Below are positions 37,473 to 46,936 of a DNA stretch of 64,000 bases, piece by piece. The position numbers and the translations under genes were made by a program. Origin of the DNA: Longimicrobiales bacterium. GTDB lineage: Bacteria > Gemmatimonadota > Gemmatimonadetes > Longimicrobiales > Gaopeijiaceae. The DNA lies in NCBI GenBank assembly GCA_965204735.1, contig OZ242008.1, positions 128,001 through 192,000 on the forward strand, read 5' to 3'. The first letter of the stretch is position 1; each line of letters opens with the position of its first letter. The notes beneath the pieces are model-generated. The model saw only the letters and a program-made list of their open reading frames with translations, ran no database searches and was not told the DNA's origin.

Positions 37473-39224
37473 TCACCGGCCCGCCCAGTGGGCTCGGACA
37501 CGAACGGCGAAGTTGTTTCGGTTGCGGCCGGTGAACGCGAAGTTGGCGGCCCGCTCGTAGGCTGCGCGAACCCCCAGGGCGATCCGGCCGGGTTCCGGCT
37601 CGCGGCGCCACTCCAACGTCAAGCGGCGGCGGACCTCGCTGGGGAACTCGGCCGTCTTCGTCCACACCCACGGCCGAGGGTCGCCCTCGAAGGCGCCTGC
37701 GAGCGTCCATTCGTCCGCCGACCAGCGCTCCTGGGCGACCGACGCCTCCGCCTTCCACGCCGACGCCGTCCACGCGAATCCGACGGAGACGCCGCGGGCG
37801 TTGGGTCCCAGGGGATCTCCCAGAACCCGTCCGTCGAGCGTGAGGCCGGAGGTGTACTGGTGATGCGTGTGGGGAAGGGGTCCCGCGCTCTTGGCGTCGG
37901 CCCACACGTCCAGGCGCCCCTGGCTCCCGAGTCCGTAGGCGCGCGCGCCGAACGCCCAGATCGCGTCCTGCCAGAACGCCCGCAGAGCTTGGTCCCGGTT
38001 CGCCCGAAGGTCGGTGGCGACGAAGTTCATGAAGAAGTGGGTGCGGATCGACGGGACGGTGACGAGAACGTCTATCCCGGCGACCTTGTCTGAGATTTCG
38101 ATCACGCCCCCGAGGAAGGGCAGGAAGACGTCGATGGCGCGCTCGCCGAGGGTCCCGTCCGGCGCACCGTCGCCGCCCTGCAGGTTCACGTACACCAACG
38201 CGAGTTCGACGGTACGCCCTGGGCGGTTGCTGAGCCGGAAGGCCGACAGCCAGCTGCCGGGCACGTCGCGGTCGGCGCCCATCCGGGCCAGCAGCGCCGA
38301 CGCCCGCCACTGACCCCACCCGCGAAGCCGACCTGGGAGACGAACCGGCCGCTCCGTTGCCAGGCGGATCATGTCGAAGCCCCGAGCGTTGCCGGAGAGC
38401 AGCGGCCCTCCGTCCCGTCCGTAGCCCATCGTCACCGAGTTGCGGCCCGCTTCCAGCGCCAGCGGACCCTGCACGAGCCTGGCGTATGCGGAATGGAAGG
38501 TCGCGGAGACGGAGGCGGAGGCGGACTCGCCGCCGCGGAGCGCGTGGAGCCAGGCGCGGGGGCGAAGGGAGGCGGCGAACCGGCCGGACTCGGCCTCGGC
38601 GGCGAACTCGGCCGAGACGGTCCACCCGTCGGCGATCTTCCGGCCCTGGTTGCGCTGCAGGATGGGGTTCAGGAGTCCATCGATCTCGCCGGCGGCGCCG
38701 GGGCCCAAGGGCCGGTAGGGCGACTGGGCCAGCCACAGGTCGACCTGGGCGTCCCGGAGGGCGACGGGAGCCGGTTGCGGGAAGCGTCTACGGAGCCGCG
38801 CCAAGGCTTCGGCGACCCGGGGACGAAGCGCTGGCCGCCCGAGAGATGCGGCGCGCTCGGCCGCCTCGGCCACCCAGCGAGCGAACGCGGCGCGGGAGTG
38901 GGGAGCTTCGCCGGCCGCGAGGGTCGCCACCAGGTCCGCCGCGGCCAGCAGCTCGACGTCGGCGTAGGCGGGGTCGAGGACGGGGACGTAGGCCGTGGCG
39001 CGGGTTCCGTCCTCGGCGGCTTGGGCGCGCAGCCCGCCGGAAAGCGTCGCCTGGGCGGCCAAGGTCGCGCCGATCGCCGCCGCGGTCCCCAGAACGAGGA
39101 CTCTGCTCGGTGCTCGGCGTCGGTGGGGGCGTGCGGGCCGCCGGAGTCGGGGCGGCGGCGCCGGGCCGCGCCACAGGGCCGACCGGGTCCCTCCCGCGAC
39201 GGACATGGCTCTGCTGAAACCCAC
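37473..39224 (-). CDS. capsule assembly Wzi family outer membrane protein
   Basis: LEAGRNSVTMGYG..G.LLSGNARGFDMIRL motif and beta-barrel-like C-terminus. Exact start uncertain. Confidence 0.75.
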   Translation of the reverse strand: MGFSRAMSVAGGTRSALWRGPAPPPRLRRPARPHRRRAPSRVLVLGTAAAIGATLAAQATLSGGLRAQAAEDGTRATAYVPVLDPAYADVELLAAADLVATLAAGEAPHSRAAFARWVAEAAERAASLGRPALRPRVAEALARLRRRFPQPAPVALRDAQVDLWLAQSPYRPLGPGAAGEIDGLLNPILQRNQGRKIADGWTVSAEFAAEAESGRFAASLRPRAWLHALRGGESASASVSATFHSAYARLVQGPLALEAGRNSVTMGYGRDGGPLLSGNARGFDMIRLATERPVRLPGRLRGWGQWRASALLARMGADRDVPGSWLSAFRLSNRPGRTVELALVYVNLQGGDGAPDGTLGERAIDVFLPFLGGVIEISDKVAGIDVLVTVPSIRTHFFMNFVATDLRANRDQALRAFWQDAIWAFGARAYGLGSQGRLDVWADAKSAGPLPHTHHQYTSGLTLDGRVLGDPLGPNARGVSVGFAWTASAWKAEASVAQERWSADEWTLAGAFEGDPRPWVWTKTAEFPSEVRRRLTLEWRREPEPGRIALGVRAAYERAANFAFTGRNRNNFAVRVRAHWAGR

Positions 39225-39483
39225 GATCTCTCCCCCTCCTGCTGCCGCTGTCCCGCCGCGCGGCCGGAGCAGCGCTCGGCCAGTCGCCGGTCAGCCGTGC
39301 GTGACGGTTGTGCCGCCGTGCGCCCGGATCGGCGCAAACGTTCGCCGGACTTGCCCGCGTGGGCTCGCCAAGGCACTTTCGCCGGGTTCCAAGCGCAGCG
39401 GTGCGCCGGTCCATGAGCGCAATGGCCACATGTGCGCCCCGGCTCCGCTTCGCTCCTCCGAACCCAGTCCAGGCAGTCCAACA

Positions 39484-40947
39484 ATGTCGAACGCCGCCCC
39501 CAGCCAAGTCACCCCCAACTTCGTGAACGGGGAGTGGTCGGTCCCGCAATCGGACCAGCGCTTGACGGTCGAGGACCCGGCCACCGGCGAGACGCTGGGC
39601 GCGGTGCCCCTCTCGGGAGCGGTCGACGTGGACGCCGCCGTCGGCGCCGCCAAGGCGGCGTTTCCCGAATGGCGACGCACGCCGGTGGTGGAGCGGGCCA
39701 GGGTCTTCTTCCGCCTGAAGGCCCTTCTGGACGAACGCCGCGACGAACTGGCGCTGGGGCTGGTCCGAGAGCACGGCAAGAACATGGCCGAGGCCGCAGG
39801 CGAAGTGCAGCGCGGGATCGAGAACGTGGAGCACGCGGCCGGGATGCCCACACTCATGATGGGCGACACCCTGGAGGACGTGGCGCGGGGCGTGGACTGC
39901 GAGACGGTGCGGCAGCCCCTCGGCGTCTTCGCCGTGATCACGCCGTACAACTTTCCCGTGATGGTGCCGCTCTGGTTCTGGCCCTACGCCGTGGCGGCGG
40001 GCAACACGGTGGTCCTCAAGCCGAGCGAGCAGGACCCGCTCACCCACCACCGGGTAGTGGAGCTGGCGGCGCGGGCGGGCCTCCCTCCCGGCGTGCTGAA
40101 CGTGGTGCACGGACGAGGCGAGACGGCAAAGGCGCTCGTGGAGCACCCGGACGTGGCCGGAGTGTCGTTCGTCGGCTCCAGCGAAGTCGCGGCGGCGATC
40201 TACCGGGCGGCGGGCGCGGCCGGCAAGCGCGTGCAGGCTCTGGGGGGCGCCAAGAACCACATGATCGTGCTCCCCGACGCCGACCCCGACGCGGTGGCTT
40301 CCGCAGTCGTGGAGTCGGTGTTCGGCTGCGCGGGACAGCGCTGCTTGGCGGGCTCGGTGGTGGTCGGCGTAGGCGAGTCCTACGAGCCCGTGCGGGAGCG
40401 GGTCCTGGACGGCGCCGCGTCCCTGAAGGTGGGTCGCGGAGTGGAGGAAGGGGTCGACATGGGGCCGGTGATCTCGGGAGCGCACAAGAACCGGGTGGCG
40501 GGCTTCATCGCCCAGGGAGAGCGCGACGGCGCCCGCCTCCTGCTGGACGGCCGCGGCGCCGAGGTGGCCGGATGCCCCGGCGGCCACTGGTTGGGACCCA
40601 CGGTCTTCGAGGACGTCTCTCCCGACACCCCCATCGGGCGCGACGAGGTGTTCGGCCCGGTGGCGGGGCTGGCGCGGTCCGACTCCCTGGAAGCCGCGCT
40701 GGAGCTGGTGGGCCGGAACCCCTACGGCAACGCGGCGTCGATCTTCACCCAGTCCGGCCGCGCGGCTCGGGAGTTCCGCTACCGGGCGGGCATCTCGATG
40801 CTGGGAGTCAACATCGGAGTCGCGGCGCCGATGGCGTTCTTTCCCTTCGGAGGCGCCCGGGCCTCCTTCTACGGCGACCTCAAGGCTCAAGGCAAGGACT
40901 CGGTCGCGTTCTACACCGACCAGCGCGTCGTGATCTCCAGGTGGTGA
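39484..40947 (+). CDS. mmsA: CoA-acylating (methyl)malonate-semialdehyde dehydrogenase
   Basis: ITPYNFP, LKPSE, SFVGS, QALGGAKNH, GCAGQRC, EVFGPV, GVNIGVAAPMAFFPFGG. Confidence 0.93.
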   Translation: MSNAAPSQVTPNFVNGEWSVPQSDQRLTVEDPATGETLGAVPLSGAVDVDAAVGAAKAAFPEWRRTPVVERARVFFRLKALLDERRDELALGLVREHGKNMAEAAGEVQRGIENVEHAAGMPTLMMGDTLEDVARGVDCETVRQPLGVFAVITPYNFPVMVPLWFWPYAVAAGNTVVLKPSEQDPLTHHRVVELAARAGLPPGVLNVVHGRGETAKALVEHPDVAGVSFVGSSEVAAAIYRAAGAAGKRVQALGGAKNHMIVLPDADPDAVASAVVESVFGCAGQRCLAGSVVVGVGESYEPVRERVLDGAASLKVGRGVEEGVDMGPVISGAHKNRVAGFIAQGERDGARLLLDGRGAEVAGCPGGHWLGPTVFEDVSPDTPIGRDEVFGPVAGLARSDSLEAALELVGRNPYGNAASIFTQSGRAAREFRYRAGISMLGVNIGVAAPMAFFPFGGARASFYGDLKAQGKDSVAFYTDQRVVISRW

Positions 40948-42371
40948 GCGAAGCCCCCGCGGCCGGCCCGCCGGCCGCGTCCCCCGGCGCGTCCCCCGTC
41001 CCGTCCGCCAGCCGGCCGCCCGCTCCCGCCGTTCCTCCGCACTCTGCCGACAGCCGCAGCGCCGCTCTCCTCGCCCGCCAAAGGGACTGCCTCTTCGACT
41101 GCGTGCAGCCCCTCTACGCCGAGCCCGTGGCGGTCGCCGAGGGAGCCGGGTGCTGGGTGAAGGACCACGACGGCCGAGAGTACCTGGACGCCTTCGCCGG
41201 CATCCTCACCACCTCTCTCGGGCACTGCCACCCGCGAGTCGCTGCGGCCGTGCAGGAGCAGGCCGCTCGCCTGGGCCACGTGTCGCCCCTTTACGTGAAC
41301 GAGCCCCAGGTGGAGGCCGCGGAGGCGCTGGCCCGGATCGCGCCGGGCGACCTGAGCCGCACCTTCTTCCTCAACAGCGGCACCGAAGCGATCGAGACCG
41401 CGCTGGCGGCGGCGCGCCTCCACACCGGGCGCACCGAGGTCGTGGCGCTGCGCCACGCCTACCACGGGCGCACCAGCCTGGCCGCCGCCGCGACCGCCCA
41501 CGCGCCCTGGCGAGTCCTGCCCAGCACGGTCGCGGGGATCACCCACGCCCTCTCGCCCTACCCCTACCGCGCCCCTTTCGGCCCGTGCAGCGACGAGGAG
41601 CTTGCGGAACGGTACGCCCAGGACTTGGCCGAGGTGATCGAGACCACGACGAACGGCCGCCCCGCCGCCCTCGTGGCCGAGACGATCCAGGGCGTCGGCG
41701 GCTACATCGTGCCTCCCAGAGGCTACTTCCAGCGGATGGCCGAAGTGGTCCGCTCCTACGGCGGCGTCTTCGTCAGCGACGAGGTCCAGTCCGGCTTCGG
41801 ACGCACGGGGGGACGGTGGTTCGGGATCGAGCACTGGGACGTGGTTCCGGAGATCATGGTCACCGCCAAGGGATTGGGCGCGGGGATGCCCGCCGGGGCG
41901 GTCACGGCCACGCCGGAGGTCGCGGCCAGCTGGCACGGCAAGACCCTCTCGACCTTCGGCGGCAACCCGGTGTGCATGGCGGCGGTCGCCACCGCGATCC
42001 AGGTCATGGAGGAAGAGGACGTTCCGGCCCGGGCCGAGGCGCGGGGCGGAAGGCTGCGGGCGGGCCTGGACGAGTTGGCTGCGCGCTTCCGGTGGATCGG
42101 CGAAGTGCGCGGCATGGGGCTGATGCAGGCGCTGGAGCTGGTGGAGGACCCGGACTCCAAGTCCCCCGCCCCGGCCCTGGGCGTCGCGCTGCTGGACGCC
42201 GCCAAGGAGAACGGCCTGCTGATCGGCCTCGGCGGCCTCCACGGCCATGTGATCCGTCTGGGGCCCTCGCTGCTGATCTCCGAGGACGAAGTCGACGAAG
42301 CGCTGCGTCGCCTCTCCCTCGCCTGCGCCGCCGTGGACGACTCCCGCCCGCGCCCCCGAGCGGACCGATGA
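40944..42371 (+). CDS. class III PLP aminotransferase (AGXT2 / beta-alanine-pyruvate-like)
   Basis: YLDAFAGI, NSGTEA, YHGRT, ETIQGVGG, DEVQSGFGRTG, TAKG, STFGGNP. Confidence 0.9.
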   Translation: MSEAPAAGPPAASPGASPVPSASRPPAPAVPPHSADSRSAALLARQRDCLFDCVQPLYAEPVAVAEGAGCWVKDHDGREYLDAFAGILTTSLGHCHPRVAAAVQEQAARLGHVSPLYVNEPQVEAAEALARIAPGDLSRTFFLNSGTEAIETALAAARLHTGRTEVVALRHAYHGRTSLAAAATAHAPWRVLPSTVAGITHALSPYPYRAPFGPCSDEELAERYAQDLAEVIETTTNGRPAALVAETIQGVGGYIVPPRGYFQRMAEVVRSYGGVFVSDEVQSGFGRTGGRWFGIEHWDVVPEIMVTAKGLGAGMPAGAVTATPEVAASWHGKTLSTFGGNPVCMAAVATAIQVMEEEDVPARAEARGGRLRAGLDELAARFRWIGEVRGMGLMQALELVEDPDSKSPAPALGVALLDAAKENGLLIGLGGLHGHVIRLGPSLLISEDEVDEALRRLSLACAAVDDSRPRPRADR

Positions 42372-42586
42372 TCGCCGGGCTTCCCCTGGACACCTGGATC
42401 CTCGTCGTCGCGGCCACCGTGCCGCCCCTGGTCGTGGCGGCGGCGGCCTGCCGGGTCCACGGCCGAAGCGCAGACGGGTCGGGCGCCAAGCGGCCCTGGC
42501 CCGGCGAAGACGCGCCCGCCGCCCCCGCCGGAGAGAACGCCGGCGCCCCCGCCGGCGCCCCGGAAGGTCCCGCCCGAGCCCCGTGA
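42368..42586 (+). CDS. small membrane protein (SSS transporter accessory-like)
   Basis: MIAGLPLDTWILVVAATVPPLVV. Coupled by overlaps at both ends. Confidence 0.55.
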   Translation: MIAGLPLDTWILVVAATVPPLVVAAAACRVHGRSADGSGAKRPWPGEDAPAAPAGENAGAPAGAPEGPARAP

Positions 42587-44088
42587 CCGACTCCGGCAAC
42601 CTCACCATCGTCGCGGTCCTGGCCGCCTACATCCTCGTGCTGGTGGGAATCGCGTGGCGGACCAGCCGCGAGAGCGGCTCCGTCTCGGGCTTCTACCTGG
42701 CGGGAAAGAAGCTGCCCTCCTGGGTGATCGCCTTCTCCGCCAACACGACCGGCGAGAGCGCGTGGCTCCTTATCGGCCTGACCGGCATGGGCTACCTCGT
42801 GGGCTTCCACGCCATGTGGGTCGTGCTGGGAGAGGTGCTGGGCGTGGCGCTGGCGTGGACGGTGGTCGCCCGTCCCTTCAAGGAGTTCACCGACCGGTAC
42901 GACGCCATCACCGTGCCCGACTACCTGGCCGACCGCTTCCACGACCGGAACCACGTCCTTCGCGTCGTGAGCGCGGTGATCATCTTCACGATGGTGGTGG
43001 CCTACACGGCGGCGCAGCTCACGATGTCGGGCAAGGCGTTCTCGTCGTTCATCGGGACCAGCTACCTCAACGGCGTCCTGATCGGGGCGGCGGTGATCCT
43101 GGTCTACACCAGCGTCGGGGGCTTCAAGGCCGTCGCCTACAGCGACCTGGTCCAGGGGGCGCTCATGTTCCTCTGCCTGATCCTCCTGCCCGTGGCCGGC
43201 ATCTGGCACGCCGGCGGCTGGAGCCAGCTGATGGCGGGGATCGGCGAGACGGACCCGGCGCTGCTGCGGCCCCTGGGCGCCCACGGCCTCGGCGCGGCCG
43301 GCATTGCCAGCGCCCTGAGCTTCGCGGGGATCGGGCTGGCGTTCCTGGGCGCGCCCCAGCTGCTCACCCGGTTCATGTCGGCACGCGACAAGCGGCAAAT
43401 CTCCCGGGGCGGGGTGATCGCCGTGGCGTGCATCGTGGTCTTCGACACGGGCGCCGTGCTGGCCGGCGTCGCGGGACGCTACCTCTTCCCGGGGCTGGCC
43501 GATCCCGAGACCGTGCTGCCGGTCATGTCCACCGAGCTCTTCCCGGCGGTGGTGGCCGGACTGGTGCTGGTGGTGGTCATGGCGGCGATCATGTCCACGG
43601 TGGACTCGCTGCTCATCCTGGCGTCGTCGGCCGTGATCCGGGACTTTGTGCAGAAGATCCTTCGACCGAACCTGTCGGACCGGGGGCTGTCGTCGGCGGG
43701 ACGGATCCTGACCGCCGTCATTGGGCTTGGCGGACTCGCGTTTGCGCTTCCGGGAGAGAACCAAGTGATCTTCTGGTTCGTGCTCTTCGCGTGGTCCGGG
43801 CTGGCGTCGGCGTTCACCCCGGTGGTACTCTGCTCCCTCTTCTGGCGACGCACCACCCGAGCGGGGGCCGTGGCGGGCATGATCGCCGGCTTCCTCACGG
43901 CCGTAGCGTGGGCGGTGGTCAAGGAGCACTTCCTGGACCTCTACGAGATGATCCCCGGCTTCGCGGCGGGCTTCGCGGTCACGATCGGCGTCAGCCTCTT
44001 CACCACGCCGCCGCCGGGCGCGGCCGAAGAGCTCGACGACGTGAGGCGCGTGGTCGGCGGTCCCTTCACCGCAGGAGCATCGGAATGA
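42583..44088 (+). CDS. putP: sodium:solute symporter (PutP-like)
   Basis: FYLAGKKL, ESAWLLIGLTG, GGFKAVAYSDLVQG, AAIMSTVDS. Multiple TM helices. Confidence 0.85.
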   Translation: MTDSGNLTIVAVLAAYILVLVGIAWRTSRESGSVSGFYLAGKKLPSWVIAFSANTTGESAWLLIGLTGMGYLVGFHAMWVVLGEVLGVALAWTVVARPFKEFTDRYDAITVPDYLADRFHDRNHVLRVVSAVIIFTMVVAYTAAQLTMSGKAFSSFIGTSYLNGVLIGAAVILVYTSVGGFKAVAYSDLVQGALMFLCLILLPVAGIWHAGGWSQLMAGIGETDPALLRPLGAHGLGAAGIASALSFAGIGLAFLGAPQLLTRFMSARDKRQISRGGVIAVACIVVFDTGAVLAGVAGRYLFPGLADPETVLPVMSTELFPAVVAGLVLVVVMAAIMSTVDSLLILASSAVIRDFVQKILRPNLSDRGLSSAGRILTAVIGLGGLAFALPGENQVIFWFVLFAWSGLASAFTPVVLCSLFWRRTTRAGAVAGMIAGFLTAVAWAVVKEHFLDLYEMIPGFAAGFAVTIGVSLFTTPPPGAAEELDDVRRVVGGPFTAGASE

Positions 44089-45776
44089 CGGGAATGACCA
44101 GAGGCCGGTTCCTGGGGTTGTCCGCCGGCGCCGGCGCGGGGCTGGCGACGGGGTGCGGGCCCGACGGGCCACGCGTCGCCTTCGCCGCAGACGGCGGCAC
44201 GGCTCCGGATCTGATCGTCCACGGCGGAACGATCCACACGATGGACGACGCCAACCCCCGGGCCGAGTCGGTTGCGGTGAAGGACGGCCGCTTCGTGGCG
44301 GTGGGCTCTCGGTCCGACGTGGAGAACCTCCGGGGCGCCGGGACGCAGGTGATCGACCACGGCGACGCCGTGATCGTCCCCGGCTTCGTCGACGCCCACA
44401 CGCACCCGGCCGGCGCGGGCGTTCGGGAGCTGAAGGACGTGAACGTGGACGTCCGAAGCGTCGCCGAGATCAAGGACCGGATGGCGGCGAGGGCCAGAGA
44501 GACTCCCGTGGGCCAGTGGGTCGTGGGCTTCAAGTACGACGACACCAAGCTGGCCGAGGGCCGGCCGCTGAACCGGCTGGACCTGGACGAAGCGGTCCCG
44601 GACCATCCGGCGGTCGTGGGACACCGGGGCGGCCACACCAGCGTGTACAACTCCCGCGCCTTCGCTCTGGCCGGCGTGGACGCCGACACCCCGGACCCCG
44701 ACGGAGGCAAGTTCTACCGTGCGGAAGGAGCGCTGACGGGGCTGGTGGCGGAGCGGGCCAACTACGTCTTCCGCTCGCTGATCCCCAACACCCACACCGA
44801 CGACGACCGGCAGGCCGGCGTGGCCCTGATCACCAAGCTCATGGCCCAGGCCGGATTGACCTCCTTCCACGACGCCGGAACGTCGGCCGCCAGCCTGAGG
44901 GCCTACCGGGCCGCCTACGAAGCCGGCGAGCTGCGCTGCCGCGTCTACATGCTCATGCGAGGTCCCTACGAGGACCTGCGCCGGGCTGGGGTGGCGACGG
45001 GCTTCGGCGACGAGTGGCTGCGAGTCGGGCCGGTCAAGTACGGCGCCGACGGCTCGGCCTCGGAGCGCACGATGCGCATGAGCACGCCCTACGTGGGCCG
45101 CCCCGACGACTACGGCATCCTGACCATGAGCCAGGCCGAGCTCCACGAGGCGGTGGAGCAGGCCCACCGCTCCGGCTGGCAGGTCGGCGTCCACGCCAAC
45201 GGCGACGTCGCCATCGACATGGTGCTGAACGCCTACGAGCGCGTACAGGAGCGCTGGCCCCGGCCCGACCCGCGCCATCGGATCGAGCACTGCTCCCTGG
45301 TCGACCCGGACCTCCTCCGCCGGATCAAGGCCGCGGGCGTCGTGCCCACGCCCTTCTACACCTACGTCCACTACCACGGCAACAAGTGGGTGGAGTACGG
45401 TCCCGAGAAGATGGAGTGGATGTTCGCCCACCGGTCGTTCCTGGACCACGGAATCCCCGTGGCGCCGGCGTCGGACTACACTCCGGGTCCCTACGAGCCG
45501 CTCATGGCCGTCCAGAGCATGGCGACCCGCACCGACTTCGACGGTCGCGTGTGGGGCGCGAGCCAGCGGATCAGCGTGGCCGAAGCGCTGCGCATCTGCA
45601 CGATGGGCGGCGCGTTCGCGTCGTTCGAGGAGCACGAAAAGGGCTCCATCGCCGCCGGCAAGCTGGCGGACTTCGTGGCGCTGGCCGCCGATCCCCACGA
45701 CGTCGCCCCCGGCGCCGTCAAGGAGATCCCCGTCCTGCGCACCGTAGCCGGCGGAGCAACCACGCACGAGGCATGA
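44085..45776 (+). CDS. amidohydrolase 3 (YtcJ-like), probable exported lipoprotein
   Basis: PGFVDAHTH, K..ADGS, VHANGD, RIEHC, SD. N-terminal TRGRFLG...ATGC signal. Confidence 0.9.
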   Translation: MTGMTRGRFLGLSAGAGAGLATGCGPDGPRVAFAADGGTAPDLIVHGGTIHTMDDANPRAESVAVKDGRFVAVGSRSDVENLRGAGTQVIDHGDAVIVPGFVDAHTHPAGAGVRELKDVNVDVRSVAEIKDRMAARARETPVGQWVVGFKYDDTKLAEGRPLNRLDLDEAVPDHPAVVGHRGGHTSVYNSRAFALAGVDADTPDPDGGKFYRAEGALTGLVAERANYVFRSLIPNTHTDDDRQAGVALITKLMAQAGLTSFHDAGTSAASLRAYRAAYEAGELRCRVYMLMRGPYEDLRRAGVATGFGDEWLRVGPVKYGADGSASERTMRMSTPYVGRPDDYGILTMSQAELHEAVEQAHRSGWQVGVHANGDVAIDMVLNAYERVQERWPRPDPRHRIEHCSLVDPDLLRRIKAAGVVPTPFYTYVHYHGNKWVEYGPEKMEWMFAHRSFLDHGIPVAPASDYTPGPYEPLMAVQSMATRTDFDGRVWGASQRISVAEALRICTMGGAFASFEEHEKGSIAAGKLADFVALAADPHDVAPGAVKEIPVLRTVAGGATTHEA

Positions 45777-45777
45777 C

Positions 45778-46923
45778 ATGAAGGACGACTTCCACCCTGC
45801 AACCTTCGCATCCCCCTTCCTCTGGATGCGCCTCGCCTGGGACAACGGCGGCATTCCGCGCCGGTACTGGCGGAAGTTCGCCGGCATACTCGCGTTGTCC
45901 ACGACGACGACACCGTTGCGGCTGGCCGAGCGGGTGGCGTTCTCGAGGAAGATCGACAGGACGCCCATCGACAAGCCGCCGTTCTTCGTACTGGGCTTCC
46001 CACGCACGGGCTCGACGCACTTGCAGTACCTGCTCGCCCAGGATCCGCAGTGGGGCTACTTCAACACCTACCAGTGCGTGGCGGCGCCGTTCTCGTTCGT
46101 GGCGAGCGGCTGGATCAAGCGGCTCCTGCGGAAGGCCATGGAGGCCGCCGGCGAGCAGACCCGGCCCATGGACAACGTCAAGGTAACGCTGGACTCGCCG
46201 CAGGAAGAGGACCTCGCCGTTGCCGCCATGTCGCGTCTGTCGGCCGTGCACCAGCTGGCGTTCCCCAAGTCGTTTCGGGAGACGGTGGCCAAGTACGTGA
46301 TGATGGGGCGCAGGCCGGACGGCTCTCCCGACGGCAGCCTGTCGGCGCGGGAGCTGCGCCAGTGGGAGCGCGTCTACGTCCGCGAGGTGCGAAAGGTGGT
46401 CCTCCACTCCGGCGGCAAGCCCCCGATGCTGCGGAACACGCTCAACATCGCCCGCTCCGACCACTTGGCGCGCCTCTTCCCGGGCGCGAAGTTCCTGCAC
46501 ATCATCCGCAATCCGTACGCCGTCTACCCCTCGGTGATGCACCTCAACCGCACGATGCTGCCGCTGTACCAGCTGGACGACTACGACTGGGACGAAGTGG
46601 AGCAGCACATTGTCGACGCCTACAAGCTGCTGATGTCCAAGTACATGCGAGACCGCGAGCTGATTCCGGACGGGCGCTTCGCCGAGGTGCGCTACGAAGA
46701 CCTGGACAAGGATCCGCTGGGCGAGCTGGAGCGCGTGTACGAGGAGCTGGAGCTCCCCGGTTGGAGCGTCGCCCGCGAACGCATCGAGGCGTACCTGGAG
46801 ACGGTGGCGGGCTACCGCAAGAACCGCTTCACGCTGCCGCAGGCGACGATAGATCGGATCACCGACGAGTGGGGGTTCGCAGTGGACGCCTGGGGCTACG
46901 AGCCGCCCCCCGCCGCCGAATAA
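45778..46923 (+). CDS. sulfotransferase (Sulfotransfer_3)
   Basis: 5'-PSB loop GFPRTGSTHL, 3'-PB motif IIRNPYAVYPS, and VRYEDL. Confidence 0.9.
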   Translation: MKDDFHPATFASPFLWMRLAWDNGGIPRRYWRKFAGILALSTTTTPLRLAERVAFSRKIDRTPIDKPPFFVLGFPRTGSTHLQYLLAQDPQWGYFNTYQCVAAPFSFVASGWIKRLLRKAMEAAGEQTRPMDNVKVTLDSPQEEDLAVAAMSRLSAVHQLAFPKSFRETVAKYVMMGRRPDGSPDGSLSARELRQWERVYVREVRKVVLHSGGKPPMLRNTLNIARSDHLARLFPGAKFLHIIRNPYAVYPSVMHLNRTMLPLYQLDDYDWDEVEQHIVDAYKLLMSKYMRDRELIPDGRFAEVRYEDLDKDPLGELERVYEELELPGWSVARERIEAYLETVAGYRKNRFTLPQATIDRITDEWGFAVDAWGYEPPPAAE

Positions 46924-46936
46924 CGCGCGAACGGAC

